32,000 bases of DNA, taken from Acutalibacteraceae bacterium (GTDB lineage Bacteria > Bacillota > Clostridia > Oscillospirales > Acutalibacteraceae). The notes beneath the pieces were generated by a model. It was given only the letters and a program-made list of their open reading frames with translations, was not told where the DNA came from and ran no database searches. Of this stretch, positions 15,634 through 23,695 are shown one piece after another (the stretch's first letter is position 1; every line of letters begins with the position of its first letter). The position numbers were made by a program, and so were the translations under genes. The stretch covers positions 1-32,000 of the forward strand of contig JAZSRO010000036.1 in assembly GCA_045538515.1 (NCBI GenBank), in the 5' to 3' direction.

Positions 15634-18246
15634 TTATGGTTTATAGAATAACGGTGCCAAATACACCACAATAAGACTTAAAGCGAGATATCCGAGTGTA
15701 AATAGCGGTGTAAGATATGTGAAATTGCCGAGTATTATAAGAAGCGCGGCACCCACAAGACCGAGAATATAAGTAAGCGTGTGGAGTACGGTCATATATG
15801 ACGTAAGACGTTTAATCCTAATTGCCGCCGTAACAATGGAAGCAATAGCGGGTGTGCCACCAGAGAATGCGGCACCACTTTCAATGCTTTCTTCGGGTTC
15901 GGTACATTCTTCGTATTTTTTAACACTGCCGCTTTTCATAACCTTAACAAAGTCATTCGGCAGGTCAAAATAATCGCAAATCATCTCTTCGGTAATGTTG
16001 GGGTCACAGTTGTTAATAAGGAGTGTAACACCCATCTCACAAAGCCTGTGCAATTCTTTTGTAATCTGACGGTCGTTTTCGTAACCGACAATCAGTAAAG
16101 CGCAAGGATTTCCACCCGATGCAACATAAACAGGGAAATATCCGCTGCGTAAAATCTTTTTGTCAACCTCGACAGACGGTACGGCAACACCATGTGTTTC
16201 CATAAGTGTGCGGTTGCCGATAAGTAAGGATTCATCGCCAACCCAACCCGAAACGCCCATGCGTTTTTCATATTTAACAGAATCGGCTGTGGGAAGAACA
16301 TAGTCGTCACTTGTTCTGGCAATTCGGCGGAACACGTGTCCGAGCGGACTTCCGATTGATGTTGTAACCGCCGCCGCATTGAATATTGTGCGTTCAAGGT
16401 CGTTTGCAGCAAGAATTTTCATATCAAACATCTTAACTGTTCCGCGCGGGAAAATGCTTCCTGCATCAAGACAAACAGCGTTAACAGGCTCAATTTTTTC
16501 TGCCGTCTTGTAACCCGAAATCATCGCACCGTACTGTGATAATCTGCGTGATGCGAGTTTAAGCGGTAGGGAAGATATAAGCATCGCGCTAAAGGGTGAG
16601 GCTATAGCAAACATCAAAGCGGTGTATCCGAAAGCCTCGGCGGTTTCAAGCGTTACAAAACAGTAAACCGCCATAATAGCGCATATAATTGCTCCGATTA
16701 CCGATAGAACAAAACCCTTGTGTTCAAAAGGATTTTTACTGTAAGAATTTTTAAGGAATCCTAAAATATTGGTTGTCTTTTTACCCGAAGCAACAAGAGC
16801 CTCACCGTCAATCGCGTCATAAGCGATGGTGAAAGAGCCGTTGTTTTCATCGATAAGATGCAACGCGTATTTTTCATTGCTATTTGAAATACATTCAAAG
16901 TTTTTAAGTATGCGTGTAACATTTTGTTTTTTGCCGATACAGGCAAAAAGCATACCTAAAACCGAAATAATACCAAACTGTGCTAAAGAATAATTACCAC
17001 TTAAAGCAGAGTAAACGCCGTATGCCGCCGATACAATAGTGCAAAGGCAGAGCGATAAATCGGGGTCGGTGCGTTTGCCGAAAAGAGAAGCAAAACTTTT
17101 GAAAATGTCAAAATTTATTATTGCCGCAGTAACGGTTAATGCGAGATTCGCAATAGCAAATACATCGGCATACTGCGCCTTCGGTTCGGTCATAAAAGGC
17201 AGAATCGATATAAGCATACAAGCCGCAATAATAGCCGTAAAGGTAGTGCGCAAACCGAGGGTGGCGTTTTTTTGCTTTAGGTTTTTACGAATTCTCGGTG
17301 CGTCTTCTACCGTTTCATAATCGTCAAAAACGGTTTCATCTTCGTCTTCGAAGTCATCATATTCGTCTTCATCTTCAAAAATATCTTCGGTAGAAGATTT
17401 AATATCTTCCATATAAGACGGTAGGTTGTCGTCACTAAGTGCCGTAAATGGCATAGTGCTCTCATCTGCCGTTTCGGGCTTTTCTATTTCCTCATCTGCG
17501 AATCTGTATTGATAGTTCTTAACCTCGGTTTCATGAACCATAGTAATAGTTTCAGGCTCTTGCGACAGATTTATAACCTGTGTCTTTTCAATATCTTCTT
17601 CCTGTGCCTTATCGTCAGAAATAACATCTTCGGTAACGATTTCTTCGGGCTTTTCATCGGGAAGACGAAGTCCTTCTACAGACTCAATCACAGGTTCATC
17701 CCTATAGGGTAGGTCGTAAGAATGTGAAACCGTCTCGCGAGATTCTTCGGCCACGGGTGCCGTCTCGGGTTCTGTAGGCGTTTCTGCCGCTTTGTTATAA
17801 ATACTGTTAACGCGTTGTTCAGCGCGTTTTTCCGCCTCTGCAATAATGTCTTCAATACTGTCAAGTATATAAAGCGGCTCACTGTCTTCAGCAGGGGTTT
17901 GTCCCTCTGTAAACTGAGAACAGCGTGAAAGTAAAGATTCAGCCTCTTCTTTTACCTTTTCGGATTTAATGTCGGCTTCGTCCTTTTCTTCCTCACGCCG
18001 CGCATCCATCATACGCTTATAAAGCGATTCGCCGGCAGACTCCATAGGAATGTCCGCAACAGGTGCCACAGGCTCGTTACCCTTAACCTCGTCAGCGGTC
18101 AAAGCGTGTGGCGCAAAATTGATGTCAGAGCGCTCTCCAATGGGAATAATTCCCTCATCGTCAAGCATAGGATAACCGCCGTTCTCAGCATTTATGTAAG
18201 AATAATCGTAATATGATTTTTTGTTTTTTCTGGAAAACAGTCCCAT
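15634..18246 (-). CDS. Membrane protein with a degenerate P1B-type ATPase-like architecture and a long acidic low-complexity N-terminal region
   Basis: 870-aa ORF with SD GGGGGAAGG. Residues ~60-320 are Asp/Glu-rich. Residues ~330-870 have a TM and soluble-domain order like CopA/ZntA. Local strings align with the ATPase hallmarks but are mutated: IASPFS for CPC, VCLDAGSIF for DKTGT, LINNCDPN for TGDN and FSGGTPA for GDGxND. GNRTLM is retained. Confidence 0.6.
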   Translation of the reverse strand: MGLFSRKNKKSYYDYSYINAENGGYPMLDDEGIIPIGERSDINFAPHALTADEVKGNEPVAPVADIPMESAGESLYKRMMDARREEEKDEADIKSEKVKEEAESLLSRCSQFTEGQTPAEDSEPLYILDSIEDIIAEAEKRAEQRVNSIYNKAAETPTEPETAPVAEESRETVSHSYDLPYRDEPVIESVEGLRLPDEKPEEIVTEDVISDDKAQEEDIEKTQVINLSQEPETITMVHETEVKNYQYRFADEEIEKPETADESTMPFTALSDDNLPSYMEDIKSSTEDIFEDEDEYDDFEDEDETVFDDYETVEDAPRIRKNLKQKNATLGLRTTFTAIIAACMLISILPFMTEPKAQYADVFAIANLALTVTAAIINFDIFKSFASLFGKRTDPDLSLCLCTIVSAAYGVYSALSGNYSLAQFGIISVLGMLFACIGKKQNVTRILKNFECISNSNEKYALHLIDENNGSFTIAYDAIDGEALVASGKKTTNILGFLKNSYSKNPFEHKGFVLSVIGAIICAIMAVYCFVTLETAEAFGYTALMFAIASPFSAMLISSLPLKLASRRLSQYGAMISGYKTAEKIEPVNAVCLDAGSIFPRGTVKMFDMKILAANDLERTIFNAAAVTTSIGSPLGHVFRRIARTSDDYVLPTADSVKYEKRMGVSGWVGDESLLIGNRTLMETHGVAVPSVEVDKKILRSGYFPVYVASGGNPCALLIVGYENDRQITKELHRLCEMGVTLLINNCDPNITEEMICDYFDLPNDFVKVMKSGSVKKYEECTEPEESIESGAAFSGGTPAIASIVTAAIRIKRLTSYMTVLHTLTYILGLVGAALLIILGNFTYLTPLFTLGYLALSLIVVYLAPLFYKP

Positions 18247-18266
18247 ATTCTAACCTTCCCCCAAAA

Positions 18267-19016
18267 TTATTTATGTCGCTGGTCTGCAACCTCATAAATT
18301 AAAATTCCTGCGGCAACCGATGCGTTCAAGGAGTTAATTTTGCCATACATCGGCAGACTTACAATGCCGTCACATTTCTTGGCAACAAGGCGGCCGATTC
18401 CTTTGCCTTCGTTGCCAATGACAATGGCACAGGGCGATGTGAAATCAAACGAATGGCGGTCACGGCCGTCCATATCGGCGCCAAACACCCAAACACCTTG
18501 TTCTTTGAGCGAATCAATTGTGTTTGCAATATTTGTAACACGCGCAACCTTCATATATTCGAGTGCGCCCGAAGCAGATTTTGCAACCGTCATATTGAGT
18601 GATGCGCTGCGTCTTTCGGGAATGATAATTCCGTGAACGCCACCCGCCTCAGCCGTGCGAATAATAGCGCCTAAATTATGAGGGTCCTCAATTTCGTCAC
18701 AGATAACGATAAACGGTGCCTCGTTTCGTTCTTTTGCAAGGTCTAAAATATCCGATACCTCACAGTATTCGTGTGACGCAATCATCACAGCAACACCCTG
18801 ATGTACCGCACCGCCGCAAAGATAGTCCATTTTTTGCGTAGAAACCTCTTTGATAAGAATGCCTCTTTGCTTACATTTGGCAATAATCGCGGTTAAAGAG
18901 CCGCCCTCTGTTCCGTGGCAAATAAGTAGTCTGTCAATTTCGCGACCGCCACGAATAGCCTCTAAAACGGCGTTGCGACCGGCTATTAAATCGTTGCCGC
19001 GTGTGCTATCGTTCAC
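18267..19016 (-). CDS. rlmB: TrmH-family 23S rRNA (guanosine-2'-O)-methyltransferase RlmB (YacO-like)
   Basis: The product has GRNAVLEAI, the SPOUT motifs DPHNLGAIIRTAEA.G, IVIGNEGKGI and SLNASVAAGILIYE. I prefer the GTG start at 19016, with GGGGGA 7 nt upstream, over the TTG at 19031, which has no SD. Confidence 0.85.
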   Translation of the reverse strand: MNDSTRGNDLIAGRNAVLEAIRGGREIDRLLICHGTEGGSLTAIIAKCKQRGILIKEVSTQKMDYLCGGAVHQGVAVMIASHEYCEVSDILDLAKERNEAPFIVICDEIEDPHNLGAIIRTAEAGGVHGIIIPERRSASLNMTVAKSASGALEYMKVARVTNIANTIDSLKEQGVWVFGADMDGRDRHSFDFTSPCAIVIGNEGKGIGRLVAKKCDGIVSLPMYGKINSLNASVAAGILIYEVADQRHK

Positions 19017-19146
19017 CTTTTTATCCCCCAATGTCCATAATTATTTATATTATATCATAAATATTATAAAAATAAAAGCATAAAACAAAATTTTTTTATT
19101 TTATATTTCGTATAAAAAAAGGCACAATAATTTCGGAGGGAATAAA

Positions 19147-20388
19147 ATGAAAACAAAGATTGTAAATATCACAGGTTATCAACTTTTAGATTCAAGAAGC
19201 AACCCGACAGTAGCCGCAAGGGTGGAACTTGAAGACGGTTCGTACGGATTTGCTTTAGCACCGTCCGGTGCCTCAACGGGCGAGTATGAAGCCCACGAAC
19301 TGCGTGACGGCGATAAAACAAGATATGGCGGACGCGGCGTGATAAAAGCGGTCGGCAATATAAATAACGAAATAAATAAGGCGCTTTACGGGTTTGATGC
19401 ATCAAAACAGGGTAGAATTGATAAAACACTCTGTCGTCTTGACGGAACAGAAAATAAATCCCGTCTTGGCGCCAATGCAATTCTCGCGGTATCACTTGCC
19501 GTTTGTAAAGCGGCGGCAATGTCGCATAGAATGCCGCTTTATCGCTATATTGGCGGCTTTTCGGGCAGTTGGGTTCCAACCCCTATGATGAATATATTAA
19601 ACGGCGGCGCACACGCTGCCAACAATATTGATATACAGGAGTTTATGATAGTTCCAATCGGTGTGTCAAACCTGCAAGACGGAGTTCGCATCTGTAGCGA
19701 AGTTTATCATATTTTGGGTAAAATGCTAAACTCGCGTTCGCTCTCCACAGGGATAGGGGATGAGGGCGGATATGCCCCCGACCTGCCCGATGATATAGCC
19801 GCAATTGAACTCATTTTAGAGGCAGTAAAAAAAGCGGGATACGAAAAGGAAATAAAACTCGCGCTTGATGTGGCCGCAAGTGAATGGTGGCAGGGTGACG
19901 GTAAATATAAAATGCCCAAAAGACAAAAAGAATTAGACAGCGCCGAAATGATTGCTTGGTATAAAGACCTTATCAAAAAATATCCGATAATATCTATAGA
20001 AGACGGACTCGGCGAAAATGACTGGGCGGGTTGGGAGAGAATGACCGATGTTCTCTCAAATGATGTGGCGCTCGTTGGTGACGATTTGTTTGTCACAAAT
20101 GAAGAACGGCTTAAAAAGGGGTTAACCTGTAAAGCCGCAAACAGCATACTCATAAAACCCAATCAAATCGGCACACTTTCAGAAACCGTCAATGTAATAA
20201 AACTTGCAAAACATCACGGTTATCAAATTGTAGTGTCACACCGTTCGGGCGAAACAGAGGATACAAGTATAGCAGATTTAGCCGTTGCGCTTAATGCAAC
20301 ACGAATTAAAACAGGCGCCCCCGCAAGAAGCGAACGCACCGCAAAATACAACCGACTTTTGATGATAGAGCAGGAAGTAAGAATATAG
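19147..20388 (+). CDS. eno: Enolase (phosphopyruvate hydratase), a somewhat short and divergent form
   Basis: The 413-aa product has LDSRSNPTV, SGASTGEYEA.ELRDGD, IGDEGGYAP, SIEDGL, VGDDLFVTN, LIKPNQIGT and SHRSGETEDT.IADLAVA. SD is GGAGGG. Confidence 0.88.
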   Translation: MKTKIVNITGYQLLDSRSNPTVAARVELEDGSYGFALAPSGASTGEYEAHELRDGDKTRYGGRGVIKAVGNINNEINKALYGFDASKQGRIDKTLCRLDGTENKSRLGANAILAVSLAVCKAAAMSHRMPLYRYIGGFSGSWVPTPMMNILNGGAHAANNIDIQEFMIVPIGVSNLQDGVRICSEVYHILGKMLNSRSLSTGIGDEGGYAPDLPDDIAAIELILEAVKKAGYEKEIKLALDVAASEWWQGDGKYKMPKRQKELDSAEMIAWYKDLIKKYPIISIEDGLGENDWAGWERMTDVLSNDVALVGDDLFVTNEERLKKGLTCKAANSILIKPNQIGTLSETVNVIKLAKHHGYQIVVSHRSGETEDTSIADLAVALNATRIKTGAPARSERTAKYNRLLMIEQEVRI

Positions 20389-20424
20389 AAAAAACGCTCT
20401 GCCGAAGCAGAGCGTTTTGCTTTT
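20389..20424. terminator. Bidirectional intrinsic terminator shared by convergent eno and gap
   Basis: AACGCTCTGC (20393-20402), a CGAA loop and GCAGAGCGTT (20407-20416), flanked by an A-run upstream and TTGCTTTT downstream. Confidence 0.8.
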
Positions 20425-20431
20425 ACAATTC

Positions 20432-21445
20432 TTATGCAAGTTCAGCGAAGTACTTAATAGTACGAACCATCTGGCTTGTGTAAGAGTTTTCGTTGTCATA
20501 CCAAGAAACAACCTGTACCTGATAGGTGTCATCGTCAATCTTAGCAACCATTGTCTGAGTTGCATCGAAGAGAGAACCGTAGGTGATACCGATGATATCG
20601 GAAGAAACGAGTTGCTCTTCAGTGTAACCGAAGGAAGCAGAAGCAGCAGCCTTCATAGCAGCATTGATGCCTTCCTTGGTGATGTCCTTGCCCTTAACAA
20701 CAGCAACGAGCAAAGTGGTAGAACCTGTCGGAACAGGAACGCGCTGTGCAGAACCGATGAGTTTGCCGTTGAGTTCAGGAATAACAAGACCGATAGCCTT
20801 AGCAGCACCTGTGGAGTTAGGAACAATGTTAACAGCAGCAGCGCGTGCACGGCGGAGGTCACCCTTTCTGTGAGGACCGTCAAGAACCATCTGGTCGCCA
20901 GTGAAAGCGTGAACAGTGGTCATGATACCGCTCTGTACAGGAGCATAGTCGTTAAGAGCCTTAGCCATAGGAGCGAGGCAGTTTGTTGTGCAGGATGCAG
21001 CAGAGATGATGTTGTCATCTGCTGTAAGAGTGTTTTCGTTTACGCCGAAAACGATTGTGGGAAGGTCATTTCCTGCGGGAGCAGAAATAACAACCTTCTT
21101 AGCACCGGCATCAATGTGAGCCTGTGCCTTAGCCTTTGAAGTGTAGAAACCTGTGCACTCGAGAACAACATCAACACCGATTTTGCCCCAGGGCAAATCT
21201 GCTGCGTTTTTCTCAGCATAGATTTTAATTGTCTTACCGTCAACAGTGATGCTGTCTTCACCAGCAACAACTGTGTCAGCCTTAGCATAGCGTCCCTGTG
21301 CAGAGTCATACTTAAGAAGATGAGCAAGCATATCAGGGCTGGTAAGATCGTTGATAGCCACGATTTCGTAGCCTTCTGCACCAAACATCTGACGGAAAGC
21401 CAAGCGTCCGATGCGTCCAAAACCATTAATAGCAACTTTAACCAT
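20432..21445 (-). CDS. gap: Type I glyceraldehyde-3-phosphate dehydrogenase
   Basis: The 337-aa product has [15 protein letters not shown], the active-site SCTTNCLAP, and WYDNE near the C-terminus. SD is AGGAGG. Confidence 0.95.
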   Translation of the reverse strand: MVKVAINGFGRIGRLAFRQMFGAEGYEIVAINDLTSPDMLAHLLKYDSAQGRYAKADTVVAGEDSITVDGKTIKIYAEKNAADLPWGKIGVDVVLECTGFYTSKAKAQAHIDAGAKKVVISAPAGNDLPTIVFGVNENTLTADDNIISAASCTTNCLAPMAKALNDYAPVQSGIMTTVHAFTGDQMVLDGPHRKGDLRRARAAAVNIVPNSTGAAKAIGLVIPELNGKLIGSAQRVPVPTGSTTLLVAVVKGKDITKEGINAAMKAAASASFGYTEEQLVSSDIIGITYGSLFDATQTMVAKIDDDTYQVQVVSWYDNENSYTSQMVRTIKYFAELA

Positions 21446-21476
21446 TGGAAAAACCTCCTAAATTTTTTACTCTCAT

Positions 21477-21505
21477 ATTTTAACCTATATTAAATAATTT
21501 TTCAA
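21477..21505 (-). promoter_or_regulatory. SigA promoter for gap
   Basis: The minus strand reads TTGAAA (21505-21500), a 17-nt spacer, then TAAAAT (21482-21477), about 30 nt upstream of the ATG. Confidence 0.55.
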
Positions 21506-21584
21506 GTAATTTTGTCTTTTTTTTAACGAAAAGCGATATTTTATTTTTATTACACAAAAAATTTTGTAAAATGCGAGGTATTTT

Positions 21585-22139
21585 ATGAATTTTATACCCA
21601 CAAAAGAGATGAAGTATGCAAATGCACTCAGAAATTACCTACAAAAAAGAGGAGCAAATGCTAAACAAATTTTATCACTGCATTTATATGAGGCGGTATT
21701 TTGCAAAAGTGCGTATGAAATAACGGTGAATATAGAAGATATAACCGATACACTTTTTGGCGCATTGTATCTGTTAGCCTCTGCCAAGGGGATAAATCTT
21801 AAGACACAAAAGGGCAGAGGAAAAAAGGTAAAAATAAATGTAAAATTATATGAATTTTTGTTATCATCAATCGCATTTTCGGCAGAAGAAATTCTAATAA
21901 AAGCAAATTTTTCAGAGCATTTTATTTGTGTGTTTTTTTACGGAAAACCTAAAAAAGATTTCTATAAAAGAATAGCCGCCCTGATGGGCGGCGTGTGCTT
22001 AAATGATATAAAAACGGGCAAAAATGCGGTGTTTATACCCGTAATTAAAGGTGAGGAAAAGATAGAAAAATACAAATCGGAAATAGAACTTATAAGAGAT
22101 AAAAACGGAGTTATAAATCTGCTTTCAAAAATTCTATAA
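21585..22139 (+). CDS. Hypothetical protein, 184 aa, with no family recognised
   Basis: The ORF has a GAGG SD 8 nt upstream and a visibly more A/T- and Lys-rich composition than its neighbours. No TM segment or signal peptide is apparent. Its 3' end overlaps the convergent flavoprotein gene by 29 nt. Confidence 0.55.
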   Translation: MNFIPTKEMKYANALRNYLQKRGANAKQILSLHLYEAVFCKSAYEITVNIEDITDTLFGALYLLASAKGINLKTQKGRGKKVKINVKLYEFLLSSIAFSAEEILIKANFSEHFICVFFYGKPKKDFYKRIAALMGGVCLNDIKTGKNAVFIPVIKGEEKIEKYKSEIELIRDKNGVINLLSKIL

Positions 22140-23694
22140 CATTCTCTGCTGATTTAATTCCGTCAACAGCCGCGGACATAATTCCACCCGCGTATCCCGC
22201 ACCCTCACCGGCGGGAAAAATACCCTTGTGGCTTAAACTTTGACCATTGGTCCCGCGCAAAATTCGAACGGGGGATGATGAGCGCGTTTCGGGGAATGTG
22301 AGCACAGCGTGTGGCGCGTCAAAACCCTCTATTTTACGCCCAAAAGCCTTGATTCCCAAAACGAGAGAATCGGCAATTTCTCTTGGCAAACAATCATAAA
22401 TATCGGCGGAAACGGTGTTGGGTTTAACGGTTGGTATGACTCGATTTTTATCATATTCAACACCCAAAACTTCGCCAACAGTCTGTGTCGGCACCTTGCC
22501 TTTTCCGATATTATATGCGCGTTTTTCAACCTGTCTTTGTAGCGAGATTCCCGCCAAAATATCGTCACCCGGAAGTTCGTTTGGTGCGATATCAACAAGT
22601 AAAGCGCTGTTGGAATTTATGCCGTCACGGGCATGTAGACTCATTCCGTTGACCGCAATACCGCCTTCTTCGCTTGATGCGTTGATAACCTCACCGCCGG
22701 GGCACATACAAAAGGTGTAAACACCTTTGCCGTTTTCAAGATGCGTGGAGAGTCTGTAATCGGCGGCAGAAAGATGGGGGCTACCTGCAAATTTTCCGTA
22801 CATAGCGCGGTCAATGTCTTGGCGTAAATGTTCAATTCTCGCACCCACAGAAAAGGGCTTTCTCTCCATCAAAACACCCTTATCTTTAAGCATAAAAAAG
22901 GTGTCCCTTGCCGAGTGGCCAGTTGCTAAAATAAGTGCCTTACAATTGATTTCTTTATCCTCGCCGTTATGATTTACAGTAATTTCGCAAACGCCGTTTT
23001 CGTCAAAAACAATATCATCCATCCGGCAAGAAAATAAAACCTCACCACCAAGAGAAATAATCTCTTTACGCAAGTTTTTAACAATCTCTGTCAGTCTGTC
23101 GGTGCCAACATGCGGCTTGGCATCTATCAAAATATCGCTGTCCGCACCAAAGCGTACAAATTCCTCTAAAACCGCGCGGCAACGCAGATTTTTAATGCCT
23201 GTGTTTAGTTTTCCGTCAGAAAAAGTTCCGGCTCCGCCCTCGCCAAATTGCACATTGGATTCGGTGTTAAGTTTACCGCCTGAATGGAAGTTTTCAACGC
23301 TTATTTTGCGGTCTTCTACCGCTTCGCCGCGCTCAATAACAATGGGCTTCGCACCCGCACGGGCAAGGGTAAGTGCGGCAAACATTCCCGCAGGTCCAAA
23401 CCCTATAACCACAGGGCGCGAAGAAAGGGGTGTGTTTTGCGGCCATAAAAATTTTTCGTTCTTAAAAACCTGTGCCTTTTTGCAACGCGCTAAAACTTTT
23501 CTTTCGTCAGATACAGAGAGCGTTACAGAACAGCAAAAATGCACATCATCCTTGTGTCTGGCATCAACCGACCGTCTGTACAGTTTAAGATTTTTAATGC
23601 CTTTAGGCGCTATTTTCAGCGTTTTTGCAGTTGTGTTCAATAAATCCTCATCTGTAAACCCGAGCGGCAGATGAAGGTCGTTTATAATAAGCAT
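22111..23694 (-). CDS. FAD-dependent protein (COG2509-like uncharacterised NAD(FAD)-utilising dehydrogenase)
   Basis: The product starts MLIINDLHLPLGFTDEDL.. with a small N-terminal domain, followed by the Rossmann motif VVIGFGPAGMFAALTLARAG and a C-terminal GIFPAGEGAGYAGGI. The start at 23694 lies 1 nt after the upstream stop. The ORF-track extension to 23787 would overlap that upstream gene. Confidence 0.75.
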   Translation of the reverse strand: MLIINDLHLPLGFTDEDLLNTTAKTLKIAPKGIKNLKLYRRSVDARHKDDVHFCCSVTLSVSDERKVLARCKKAQVFKNEKFLWPQNTPLSSRPVVIGFGPAGMFAALTLARAGAKPIVIERGEAVEDRKISVENFHSGGKLNTESNVQFGEGGAGTFSDGKLNTGIKNLRCRAVLEEFVRFGADSDILIDAKPHVGTDRLTEIVKNLRKEIISLGGEVLFSCRMDDIVFDENGVCEITVNHNGEDKEINCKALILATGHSARDTFFMLKDKGVLMERKPFSVGARIEHLRQDIDRAMYGKFAGSPHLSAADYRLSTHLENGKGVYTFCMCPGGEVINASSEEGGIAVNGMSLHARDGINSNSALLVDIAPNELPGDDILAGISLQRQVEKRAYNIGKGKVPTQTVGEVLGVEYDKNRVIPTVKPNTVSADIYDCLPREIADSLVLGIKAFGRKIEGFDAPHAVLTFPETRSSSPVRILRGTNGQSLSHKGIFPAGEGAGYAGGIMSAAVDGIKSAENVIEFLKADL

Positions 23695-23695
23695 A

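Noticed and set aside
20417-21139. A 240-aa plus-strand ORF, along with the other long ORFs in the track that lie antisense to or out of frame with recognised genes. Examples are 13650-14198, 5898-6254, 5728-6096, 8125-8601, 7692-8123, 23102-23674, 11641-12033 and 19707-20162.
   Set aside because: Each is fully embedded in a gene whose product has unmistakable family motifs (gap, metG/tatD, rplL, nusG, rplK, the flavoprotein, murA, eno). Their translations are low-complexity or Ser/Leu/Arg-rich mirror-frame artefacts without SD sequences.
21973-21990. A GC-rich palindrome, GCCGCCCTGATGGGCGGC, inside the hypothetical gene.
   Set aside because: It is a short 7-bp stem with no U-tract that encodes AALMGG in frame. 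It is most likely coincidental.
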